A stretch of DNA of 64,000 nt from Euprymna scolopes (taxonomy: Eukaryota): assembly GCA_053919585.1 (NCBI GenBank), contig CM132792.1; one strand, 5' to 3'. The position numbers and the translations under genes are program-made. How positions within the stretch are numbered: position 1 is the stretch's first letter; every line of letters begins with the position of its first letter. The notes below the pieces were generated by a model. The model was not told the origin of the DNA, ran no database searches, and worked only from the letters and a program-made list of their open reading frames with translations. Positions 52,774-64,000 of the stretch are shown here, one piece after another.

Positions 52774-53502
52774 TATTATATAACATTCGATTTATCACAG
52801 ATGTTTCAATATGCCGAGTATTGATAAAAAGAACAGATGCGTAGTAAAATACTACAACTGGAATAAAACCAAAAGAAAAATTGTTTTAATTACCCGTTTC
52901 TTTTTCAATCAGTGATTCCAGTAAATAAGAAGTTTAAAGTTTTAACTTCGTATTTAGATCCGTATTATTGTTTTATAATATCTATGATTAACAAGTTAAA
53001 CATGAAATTAAAAGGTAAAATAAAAAGTATTTCTCATTCAATGAAGCTAAGTGTGGATCTTGATGCAAATAATATATTTTCAATCCCTTGATAAAATAAA
53101 TACCTATCAATATACTCTTGATAATGTAACTTCAGAATTCATCCGATTTTTATGTTTATTTCGTAAATTCCAGTATGTGTTTTTGAACAAACATATACGA
53201 GGATATGAAATTACATTTTATATGTAGACTAGCAAAATACCCACGCCCTGTGTAGGACGTTTGTACACTCGGGTGCCCACTTTGTGGATACCCTCCAGGT
53301 AAGAGGAGGTTGTAAGAGCAACTATTTACTAACGTGTTTAAAACTTTTACCTCCCTCTCGGGGTGACTGAAACCAAACACTGAACTTTAAAGCAAATAGG
53401 TAAAAGTTGACACTGATATTGCTACACATATAAATATAATCAATTACGAAGAAAACCAATGGATAAAAATTGTTTAGTATCAAAAACACATTTTATCAAA
53501 GA

Positions 53503-53700
53503 CTAGCGGGGGTACCGAGTGTTGCCAGGGTTTTTGAAAAAAAAAAGAAATGTTAACATGCAGGTGGTCTCGAACACGAACACGTGATGTGTATGCGGAA
53601 AAGAAAGTAAAAGAGAATGTGACATCTTACCGCTACACCAAGACGGGAGCGGAAGTGTAAAGTGTTGATATTTAGCGATGTCAACCATAGGGAAGCCAGT
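53503..53700 (-). mobile_element. Non-autonomous Helitron 3' part
   Basis: CTAG at 53503 with a degenerate hairpin. Body similar to 17304-17480. Confidence 0.55.
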
Positions 53701-55174
53701 TATTTAGCTATGTCAACCATACGGCAGCCAGTTAAGCTTTCGGATTTCTGTCGTATTTGCTTCATCACAATGTTGGGAGAGCTCTGGCAGTGTCTTAATG
53801 AATAGCAATTGGCTGATATGAAGGGTATTCCCCACATTGATCAACGGTGATTTCCTCCAAGGCGTGCCGGTCACGAAGGCCATTGAATCGTTTGGTTTCG
53901 GTTTAGTTTCGCTTTATTCATACGAAAAACACAAATAAACACTGTAAACACTCACAAAATAAATGTAGAGACAACCTCCGTTCGAAATCGTAGATATTAT
54001 AATCTCGGGAGTATATAAAAAGTTTATCCTTAATAGTAACCCAAACCCTAGAACCATGGCAAAAAGCCTTTGCTAGACATACAAACACGTGCGCGCCCGT
54101 TTTTACTTCATGATCTCACATCGTAAATTTTTACATGGAAAACTGGATTTTGCGCACATTAAAAACTGCTATTTTGTCTGACTAAATTGTGTGGATGCAA
54201 GTAAGTGAGGACATTATTTAAAAGTACGTTTCTGTCCCGGGCAGCGGCGTTTTAAATATTAAAAAATGATGTTTTTTAGTAGAAGTCATAAATTTATAGA
54301 AATCGTTTGGATTTGTTTAGGTCATATACGCATTTGAAGTTTGTTGATCACTTTTTCGTAAGGAATGTTTTTAAAAACACTTATGAATTACATCGTCATA
54401 GCAAATTACGTTGCCTGTATAGGGAAAAAGTTCTTGTGAACTTGTAAACACGTATAAAAAACATAATATTGATTGGATTTTAACTATGCCGAATATGGTG
54501 CATCTGTGATTTATGTGATTGTTCATAGAGACGAAAAACACAGCAATATTTCTAAAAGCTATTAAATACTTTATTGAAATTTCTAATGCCTAAAACTTGC
54601 TTGTTCAGTAAATCTAGGACTTAAGCCAATTTAACGGCCAACTGCTCCTAGGAAAAGTCACTTAGCAGTAAATTAATAAACCTGTTTCAGTTTCTCTTCA
54701 CTTTTCGTTTTCTGAATGGATTGAACGAGCATGCCATTTCCATTGCAATAGAAAGCAGCCGTGTTTGTTTACCTAGGCCGTAATAAACACTGCCCCTGAA
54801 TGTTTATAACAGACAATTAAGAGGTGAAAAAGAAACAAAACTGAATTTTATATACTCATGTGTTTTTTTCGGGGAAGGGGGATCTTCAGTTATTTTGCAA
54901 ACTAAAATTTTGTTAGCTATGTTTTGTAAGTAAAAAAAAAAAACACACGGGCATTTATACTTAACTCCGTTAGTAAAAAATATAAATTCATTGTTTTCAC
55001 CGTATTACTATATTAAATTTTTCCTTGCATGAAACTAAGATTACTAGTTGCATATTTTAAATCACTTATAAAAGTTTACAATGTCGAAAAGTAGTCCTCC
55101 CAAAATAAACTGGGTAAATAAGTCCATTTCACAAGTACTACACCTTGTGGAAGTCACTTAGTAGCCGGTTCATA

Positions 55175-55490
55175 CACGGGGCGTGCAATAAGTAATGGTC
55201 CTGCCCTTTTTCCCATAGCAGTAGAGCAACGAAACTTGGCAAAATTATTAATTTTTCTCTACATAGGAACCACCAAGAATTATGCATTCCTCCCATCGTT
55301 TGATGCAGCTCCCGAGACCGTTTTTATAGAACACCCCCAAGTTGGTTCTCCAACCACAACGTGATTTCAGAAATCAAGGCTGCATCGTCTGGGAAACGCT
55401 TTCCTTTCAAAAACAACTACATGGCTGGCAAGATGTGAAAGTCAAAGGGTGCAAGGTCAGGAGATTAGGGAGGATGGTACATGGATATAC
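55175..55490 (-). mobile_element. mariner 3' remnant
   Basis: HPP*SPDLAPFDFH...LKGKRF...FYKNGL..CIKRWEECIILGGSYVEK. TIR cacggggcgtgcaataag abuts TA at 55173-55174. Confidence 0.9.
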
Positions 55491-57254
55491 ACACGAATAA
55501 ATCATCAAATTCAAAATACTGGATGTCATAAATTTTATAAAGAGGAAAAGTCTTCCCAGACTACAGATTTAAGATCAAGATAAAGATAAGAAGAGCAATT
55601 AACATTAATTTCTTGCCGACCACATCCATTGGTTATTTTTTGGATTAAGCCCTAATAATCTTAACTATAATACCATTAGCGCCTGCGTTCATTATTACTA
55701 TTGTATTCACCTAGTGTTGTTACACAAATACTCATCAGTGATACATCCATGGCAGCACAATTCGTGTTCCCTAGTATTGACGTGACAAGTTTCCCTAGAT
55801 CATCAGGATATTAAACCTTTTCGAAAACCTTTGCAATTGTCTTTGCCTTATTTCGACAGTAAACTAATATTAATTTATCTCTGGCATAGCCATTTGTCTT
55901 CACTGAAATGTAGGACGAAATAATACTATGAAAGCTACCAATAGCCTTCACGCTAATCCAGTGGTAGTCTGGCCCTTTATCGTTCCAAACTCTATAACTC
56001 TTGACGCTATACTTCTAATGTATATTACCCTTTCACGACTTCTTCTACTTATTATTATTATTATTATTATTACTACTACTACTACTCACTAGGAGCAGTC
56101 ACACAAGCCATGACCAAATATTTTTAGAACAATTCGCGGTGTTTCTAGAGTTTAAATGACAACACTTTTCCCAGTTTCCAGTACTCTTCCTATCTTTCGA
56201 TAATGCGCATTTAAAGTTGCATTATCGCAACGGTCGCTTACCAAAAATTTTTCGTTGACAACAACTATTGCTATTTACTGAAATTTAAGTGGCAATAAGC
56301 GTGTATAAGGTCCCAGACCTTTTTGCACTCACCCAGCGGAGGTCTGGCTAATGTTTTCTCTCCTCAACTTTTCTATACTCTTTTACCCTTCTCGCCTATT
56401 TGGTGTGGTGGAAGTTTATGGTGAGACACACAGACGAAATATTGCCTGGGGCGCAGGGTGGGTTTTACTTGCAATTATACAGTGTTAGTTTTCATGATTT
56501 CATGTACTTTTTACATTTGTAGCATTTTATGTATATACAGCTTGTGTCTGTAGCTCCTGTTTATTAGTATTGGCATTCAAGGGCTTTCCCTAATATTTTA
56601 GTATCTTTCATTATTGTTATACGTGGTATCTTGTTGACCATCCATATGATTCCAATCTATCGCACTCTTTTTCTTAAGATTTTCTGTTGCGTTCCTAGTG
56701 CGTGTACAAGGAGTAGTTCTATTTTGACTGTCTTTATCTTCAAATTCCTTTAATCTTTCTGACCGGTTCCGTATGATGATAAAAGATGAAGAGTAGTAGA
56801 AATCTAAAGAGACTCGTTATCTTTTTAGACACTAGCAAACATCACTGTTAAGTATAAATGAGCAAGCACTGACAATGTCTTCTGTGAGTACTACTAGTAA
56901 ATTTGTGATAAAAAAAATTATAAAAAAACATTACAGCTAGCATTGTAATATGGAGCATTCATAATAAATGAATAAAAAGTCACATATTTATTAATATCTT
57001 GAATCGAATTAGTTCAGCCAGGAACTGGGAAACCCGACAATATATTATTAAACAAAACTTCACCAACAGATTATAAAGTCAGTCTACTCAATGAATCGTT
57101 AGAATTAGCGAGTAGGATTACGAAATAAATGAATAACTTTTTGATCACTGAGCAATACAAATTTCCGTCGAAGTAATGAAAAGAGAAAGTGAGAGTACGA
57201 ATAGAATAATCGACAGAAAAGGAGAGAGAGAGAGAGAGAGAGAGAGACGCCAAC

Positions 57255-57512
57255 CTAATAGGTCCTGAACTGTCATCCAAGCTTAAGCCTCTGTCCCATC
57301 GACGTAATGTAGCATCCCTTTGCCTGTTCTACAAGTACTTTAACGATGAATGAATGCAAGCACTTGTAACCCCTCTACGTAAATATACGCGACAAACCCG
57401 ACAAGCGATAAAATCCCACACCTTCACAGTAGAGGTCCCTAGATGTAAGAGAGCTTTCTGTGCCAGTAGTTTCTTCCCGAGAACCGCTAGACTTTTAAAT
57501 TCCCTTCCAGGT
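57255..57512 (+). mobile_element. CR1 RT C-terminal fragment
   Basis: GPELSSKLKPLSHRRNVASLCLFYKYF...SSFFPRTARL. Same family as copies 1 and 2. Confidence 0.9.
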
Positions 57513-58735
57513 GGCTCCTATTGTCGAGTTAAAGGGGGCAAACACTTAATTCTAATTATCCCTAGTAATTATAGAGAAATAAGAGCCTGGAATGTTGCAG
57601 GCAATTGAATGGTCTCTAACGAAGAGCACTTTCTAAACATATAGCGGAGTCTAACTATTAGTGTTAAATGGATTTTGAAAAAAACTTTAAAGTAATCTGC
57701 AGCATATATTGAATGTACCTTTGATACGTACAATTTAAGAAAGGTTGCACTATTAGACTGTGCGCACATTATGCGTTTTAGCAGTAACACATTTGTTCTT
57801 AAATCATTCTTTTATATCATTTCTATGTCTACATTTGTTTTTTTTTATTTGCATATTCTCTTGTTGGAAAAAGGGAAATTGGTACCTTACTCTTCATGTT
57901 GAAATATTCATGTTGTAGCGGGCATATTATTTAACTAATATAGTAACAGGTAGTGTTTTCATAAAATTAAACTTGGAGTTAGGATTACCATTTTGTCATT
58001 TAATATTCTTTTGTTCTTTTATTATTTACGTCAGATTTTTTATTACAATTGTGAATTTATTGGGGGCAGTTTTATCAATAGTTACATAGCTACAGCTTTA
58101 TTAATTCGCGTAAAACATTGTAGAGAATTTAGGTGTAAACTATGTTAATAAGTTTTGGTTAGCTATGTATTTTTATAGTTGTTATCTTATTTTTAGATTA
58201 AAGAGTGATAATTTATCTTTATCTAAATTGATTTGCGTACGTGTTAAATTATATAGTTAGAGGGTATAATTGCTCTTGGGAAGATTGAGCTAAAAATAGT
58301 ATTTTATATTTTAAATGCAAACATATCACGTTTCCAGTTAAACGTATTGCGCCTTTTTTTCGTTTCATATTAATAAGGAAAAATAAAACATATGGTTTCA
58401 TAGTGTAAAGCGATTCAAGCTTTCAAAGCGAATGCTAGAAGAATTTCCGGTAATAAGTATTTGCAGGTTTCTGTATGTAAGATAAATGATAAAAAATGAA
58501 TTGTATTCCTTTAGCATTACTTAAAAACACAGCTTATATTTCCTGGAGTTTTTCAAACAAAATATATATTCATATCCNNNNNNNNNNNNNNNNNNNNNNN
58601 NNNNNNNNNNNNNNNNNNNNNNNNNNNNNNNNNNNNNNNNNNNNNNNNNNNNNNNNNNNNNNNNNNNNNNNNNNNNNNNNNNNNNNNNNNNNNNNNNNNN
58701 NNNNNNNNNNNNNNNNNNNNNNNNNNNNNNNNNNN

Positions 58736-59678
58736 TGCTTGGGCCCTATATACTGTTAATAACTTCATATACATATGTATATATTAAAAAGTGTGCATAT
58801 GTATGGTAATGCTTTTCTATATAATAGATTTCTTTAACTACCATAGAGAAAATGTTCTAGAGACCGCAGTGGTAAAATTTTCTTTTATTTTACCCCTCTT
58901 TTGACGCTTTAACATTTACTGTTTTGGATTCAAATTAAATCAAAATGTCTGACCAGTATCAAGTAACGTGCATCTAAAATTTCAAGAGTTTAGACCTAAA
59001 ATTAATGGAGAAGTTTAGTAGAATCTGACAAAGGTAAACTCTTTCAACTCTGACCTCTTGGCAGTCAGATTTTCGCTCAAAACTTGATTCAAAAGCTTGT
59101 TGAAAAGTCAGAATACTCTTTATGTAAATTTGCAACTGTTTAGATCCAAAATTGGATTTATAGTTTTCTAGAAACCGCAATGGAAAAAAATATTTTGAAC
59201 TTTGACTACTTGATAGCCAGATTTTCAGAAAAAAAAACGATTAAAAGCTTATTCTATGTCTGAAGACACTTTTTATAAGATTTCAAATGTTTAGACAAAA
59301 CATTGGCTGAATTATTTTTTAAAGACCCCAGAAATCATTTTTTTTTAATTTGACAATAATTTTGACCACTTAACTTTTATTGTGTTAGGCTCAACTAAAA
59401 TTATAAAGTAAGATCCATGTCCCAGTGACCTATATCTAAAATTTTAAGTTTAAAAACCCAAAAATGGGGAGGAGTTTGGTAGAGTTATCAAAGGGCAAAG
59501 CGTTGAATTTTGACTCCTTAACAGCAAAATTACTGGCCAAACCCCGATTTAAAAAAAAATCATAAATCTCCATACACTGTATATCAGATTACGAGTTTGT
59601 AGACCGACATTTGACAGAGTTATTTGGAAGAGAAACGTACACAGACACACGCAGAGACATTTTGACTTTTATAGATAT
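58736..59678 (-). mobile_element. Non-autonomous Helitron-like element (3' end lost in gap)
   Basis: Colinear with 18245-19170 and 19172-19480. 5' tctataaaagtcaaaatgtctct. Confidence 0.75.
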
Positions 59679-59851
59679 TCCGATATAGCTGAAGAAGACC
59701 CAAAGATCGTCGAAAATATCTGCTTTGGAAAGAAACATTTTGTTTTTATTTCGAAATACTTCTTGTATTCCTACACGTCAACACGGAGGAAATAAATACA
59801 GAAGAGACATAAAAATCTATATATTTTGCTTACTGATTTTTACTCATATAT

Positions 59852-60244
59852 ATAGTAACGTCCAAAACTAAGGGGCACAATTTTAAAACCTAATATTTGT
59901 TCGAAATAACAACTGTGAAAAGCTGACATTTTGACAAGTATCATTCATAAGAAGATACTAAATTTGAACCATTTGCAAAGTATAGCAATATAATTATATT
60001 TATTTATTTATTAAATTGTTATTGCTTATTGGCTGTTTACATTGTTTTTCTCAATTTTGTCCCTTATTTTTTAACGTTCTTATCGTAAAATAATTAAATA
60101 ATTGTTTTAATTCTTTTTCTATCCTTTTCTAATTATTCAACTTTTACTATGTTATTATGGGTTATAATAAGTACCAGTTGTCAAAATTTCGGCTTTTCAC
60201 ACAAATTTTAATTTTCTAACAAATATTAGGTTTTAAAATGTTGT
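59852..60244. mobile_element. Tc1/mariner-type MITE
   Basis: Inverted repeats ttttaaaacctaatatttgtt...tgtgaaaagc.ga.attttgacaa (59881-59937) and 60178-60238. The right end runs into a gap. Confidence 0.7.
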
Positions 60245-61023
60245 NNNNNNNNNNNNNNNNNNNNNNNNNNNNNNNNNNNNNNNNNNNNNNNNNNNNNNNN
60301 NNNNNNNNNNNNNNNNNNNNNNNNNNNNNNNNNNNNNNNNNNNNNNNNNNNNNNNNNNNNNNNNNNNNNNNNNNNAGGCAGACAGACGGACAGGCAGAGG
60401 GGGGAGAGAGAAAGAGGCATACGTTTTATGCAACACCTAGATCCAAAGTTAATCAGTTCTACTAGAAAAGCGATAAACGTCATTCTAAAAATCACGAAAC
60501 TATCATTAATAAATGCGTTACATTTGAACACTCGTTCACACCCAAACATAAGTGCACGTATATATACAAACAAGATGTAGCATAGATAACAGATGATATA
60601 TAATTATACACACACGCATACACAATCATATGTGTGAGTGTGTAGGTGGGTATGTATATGTGTATATATGTATGCTCCTACAATTATTTCTATGTATGTA
60701 CGTGTGTGTATGTGTGTGTGCCTGTGTGCATGTGTACATGTACATGAATATATATGTATGCGTATGGGATTGTGTGTGAGTGTATGCTATACATGGGGAA
60801 AGAAAGTCTTTAAAAAAGAACCCTAAAGAAGCCATAAAAACCTTCACCATATGGACTAAAAAACACTCTTTGAAACTAACTTTGACCGGTCACGGTGAAA
60901 CACTTAAAATTGGAGACAGAACGTCTAAACACTGAACACACGCATCGCACCACTATGAAAAACATATTTAATATCAGCGGAGGCATATCCACAAACTCCC
61001 ATTTTAAATAAAAACTTGTTACG

Positions 61024-61077
61024 AAAATATCTGAAGAGAGCACACCCTAAGCTCGAAACGCGTTATAAAAATATTTT
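61024..61077 (+). ncRNA. Probable minimal type I hammerhead (degenerate stem I)
   Basis: CTGAAGA, stem II gagc/gctc, GAAA, palindromic aacgcgtt at stem III. Cleavage site GTT and stem I are imperfect. Confidence 0.55.
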
Positions 61078-61184
61078 AAAATAAAAATATGATGAAAACC
61101 TTTTAAAAAAACCCACAATTCTTGATGGCTACACTCTTTTAAATATACATTTTTTCTCTCGTTGGAACTACACAACCATCACTT

Positions 61185-61222
<38 letters not shown>

Positions 61223-61718
61223 CATTATAAAAGTTACTTTAAATCTATTAAAAATATTTCTTCGTCGAGACATTATCTTGTCAGTGAGTCAATTAATCTC
61301 CTGTATCGCCGAATAGTTTTACTTACATGCATAAACCATATACCCAATACACTTAAAGAGGACATCAGTTGTTGACCATGAAACATTGTTTCCAGGATTT
61401 AAATACAAAACACTGTATTAAATGAAGGCGCACAGTAGTCCTAATAAAACGCCACTTTACTTAAAGCACACGAACAAAATTATTCTTAATACTGGATCTA
61501 TTTTTCTCCAGATAAATTTAGGCTAACAATTCATGTTATTTTAAAAATCTTACATGCATGCTCCTTCCCTTTCTCCAAAATTAATGTGCCTATTTATAAA
61601 CAAGTGTTTTGTATAGTGTTTGGTGTAATTTATTCTACTATCTATCAACTGTATTTTTTTGTTATTAGTATTATTTTTATGCATACTTATTTATTCATGT
61701 CACCTCCATTAGTATTAG

Positions 61719-61767
<49 letters not shown>

Positions 61768-61790
61768 ATTTATAAAATATGTATGGCGAT

Positions 61791-61844
61791 TAAGCTACAC
61801 TTAATATTCTGCGTTTCATCCAGCTATAGGATTCGTCAGGCTTA
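61791..61844 (-). ncRNA. Type I hammerhead ribozyme (pLTR), core intact
   Basis: taagc-CTGACGA-atcc tatagct ggat-GAAA-cgc...gtGTA-gctta on the minus strand. Confidence 0.88.
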
Positions 61845-62068
61845 TGCGCGAATTCTATCGTTGTTTCTTGTTTTTATACATGTTGAGGATTACTAGTTGG
61901 CCAATCAGCTTTCTAGTATCCACCGCGCCCCTTCCTATAACCAATGGGCATGCATTTTATCAAACAAAGGATCTGTTTTAGAGCTAGGTTAGTGGTTTTA
62001 GGTGGCCGTTCTGCTTCTTTTTTCTTTTTTTATATACATATAAATATACCTATGTGTACACAATAATG

Positions 62069-62121
<53 letters not shown>

Positions 62122-62600
62122 GATCGTTTATGTACATTCATGTTTATTTAATTTATTTATTTGTTTGTTTTCTATTGTTATTGTTAGTTTTAAAGCTATT
62201 TTGTATCGCTATCCTAGAGTAAGTTTTATTTTGTGAACACAGTTGTTTGCTATTTCCCGCCTACAGTTTAATAGATTTTGAGGTTCTTTAAAGTACAGGA
62301 TAGAAAATTTTTCATGGAGGCATAATTTACATGGGTCGTCTAAATGTCTGCATGTGGTAGCTTGTCTTATTATTTTCCATTCGACTACCGGCGAATGTCC
62401 GCTTTCTTTGAGTTCCCAGTATTTATTCGCTAGTATTGTTTTTATACGGTGTTTTTTTATTTTTGACTGTGCTTTTGTGGTCATAGTATCGGGTTTTGAA
62501 ATCTAAGGAAGTCATGTATATAAAAAAAGAAGTAGAACGACCACCTAAACCCACTAAACTAGCTCTAAAACAGATCCTTTGTTTGATAAAATTCATGCCC

Positions 62601-62676
62601 ATTGGCTGGTAGGAAGGGGCGCGGTGGATACTAGAAAGCTGATTGGCCAACTAGTAACCCTCAACATGTATAAAAA
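62601..62676 (+). promoter_or_regulatory. Putative Pol II promoter in pLTR
   Basis: ATTGG (62601), ggggcgcgg (62616), ATTGG (62642), TATAAAAA (62669), ~27 nt before the hammerhead. CCAAT and GC motifs are retained in the other pLTR copies. Confidence 0.6.
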
Positions 62677-62702
62677 CAAGAAACAACGACAGAATTCGCG
62701 CA

Positions 62703-62756
62703 TAAGCCTGACGAATCCTATAGCTGGATGAAACGCAGAATATTCAGTGTAGCTTA
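62703..62756 (+). ncRNA. Type I hammerhead ribozyme (pLTR), core intact
   Basis: Stem I taagc/gctta, CTGACGA, stem II atcc/ggat, GAAA, extended stem III with palindrome gaatattc, cleavage after GTA (62751). Confidence 0.92.
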
Positions 62757-63122
62757 ATCGCCATATATATTTTATAAATTACTAACCATCTCTACCTACG
62801 TATTGAGTACTTTTTAAGTAAATAATTAAAGTTTAAGCATAAATCTATACTTTCGTATAGTAAATTTATGTGAATAAATGAAATAGTTATATATATATAT
62901 GTGTGTGTGTGTATGTATATATATATATATATATATAACTACTTCAATTACTCACATAAAATTAATATACGAAAGTATAGATTTATGCGTAACTTCAAGT
63001 ATTTACTTCAAAAGTGCTCAATACGTAGGTAGAGCTAGTTAGTAATTTATAATATATATATATATATATATGGACAAAAATAAATAAATAAAATTAACAT
63101 ATATATATATATATATGAGGGT

Positions 63123-63175
63123 TTAGCTACACTGAATATTCGGCGTTCCATCCACTCTAGGATTCCTCAGGCTTA
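63123..63175 (-). ncRNA. Hammerhead copy with GAAA changed to GGAA (probably inactive)
   Basis: taagc-CTGAGGA-atcc tagagt ggat-GGAA-cgccgaatattcagtGTA-gctaa. Confidence 0.8.
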
Positions 63176-63753
63176 TGCGCGAATTCTGTGGTTGTTTATC
63201 GTTTTTATATGGTCCTTTTCTATTGAGGATTTAGTTAGCCAATCAGCTTTCTAGTATCCACCGCGCCCCTTCCTATCAACCAATGGGCATGCATTTTATC
63301 GAACAAAGGATCTGTTTTAAAGCTAGGTTAGTGGTTTAAGGCAGACATTTTCTTTTTTTATTTAGTTTATATATAAATATACATATGTGTACATACGTAC
63401 ATTTACATATATATACATGTATTCATACATATATGTGTGATCGTTTATGTATATTCATGTTTATTTAATGTATTTATTTGTTGATTGTCTATTGTTTTGT
63501 TAGTTGTAAAACTATTTTGTATCGCTATCCTAGAGTAAATTTTATTTTGTGAACACAGTTATTTGCTATTTCTCTTCCACAGTTTAATAGATCTTGGGGT
63601 TCTTTAAAATACAGGATAGCAAATTCTTCATGAAGGCATAATCTACATGGGTCGTCTAAATGCCTACACGTGGTAGCTTGTCTTATTATTTTCCATTCGA
63701 CTACCGGCGAATGTCCGCTTTCTTTGAGTTCCCAAAACAACCGAATACGCGCA

Positions 63754-63805
63754 TAACCTGAGGAATCCAAGAGTGGATGAAACGCCGAATATTCAGTGTA
63801 GCTTA
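63754..63805 (+). ncRNA. Hammerhead copy with intact core and weakened stem I
   Basis: taac-CTGAGGA-atcc aagagt ggat-GAAA-cgccgaatattcagtGTA-gctta. Confidence 0.8.
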
Positions 63806-64000
63806 ATCACTATATATATTTTATAAATTACTATATATATATATATATATATATCGTGTATATTTATGCAGCATTTTTTCATTTACACAAAAATTGTGGG
63901 AAAGCTTTTATTCTAGGTTTTTCACCTTTTCTCATCGTGTGTTTGTGTATACACAAAGGTATTACTAAATATATCATATTTTGATTTGTCTCGTCGAAGC

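Larger units (their letters stand above)
61764..63833. mobile_element. Two 5'-truncated Naiad-type PLE insertions, each with an inverted pLTR
   Basis: Minus-strand GIY-YIG C-termini (62209-62484, 63525-63735: WELKE..VEWKII...C.LCLHE...LLNC.REI..CVH) followed by a pLTR with hammerhead. Inverted plus-strand pLTRs at ~62517-62890 and ~63742-63833. Confidence 0.9.

Noticed and set aside
62209-62484. Selenocysteine-encoding Naiad (in-frame UGA plus SECIS)
   Set aside because: The conserved Cys positions in both GIY-YIG C-termini are ordinary Cys codons, and I recognised no SECIS.

Overview
AT-rich eukaryotic (animal) scaffold segment, almost entirely transposon-derived, with six short N gaps and many (TA)n, (GA)n and (CA)n microsatellites. 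I found no intact host gene, rRNA, true tRNA or CRISPR array. Well-supported contents: (1) a full-length but mutated Mag-type Ty3/gypsy LTR element (11075-16462) with a GTTAT TSD, a tRNA-Ser-type PBS and a deleted integrase core; (2) two long CR1-clade LINEs with no recognisable ORF1 and ~0.9 kb leaders, plus fragments; (3) Naiad-type Penelope-like elements (PLEs), one split by a LINE; (4) several type I hammerhead ribozymes, four in a palindromic pLTR cluster at 61.8-63.8 kb and one directly behind a tRNA-like SINE head at 39.35 kb; (5) a Helitron helicase remnant and many non-autonomous Helitrons; (6) mariner and copia fragments; (7) a 1.05 kb inverted duplication. The least explained signals are a GC-rich, highly structured ~383 nt tandem unit at the window start, the SINE-hammerhead fusion, an antisense ORF kept open in both LINE leaders, and possible heavily decayed Sema/PSI/IPT (plexin-like) exons. 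From memory the LINE family resembles Hydra CR1 elements, so a cnidarian-like host is a weak inference. All assignments come from reading motifs by eye. Coordinates of decayed elements are approximate.
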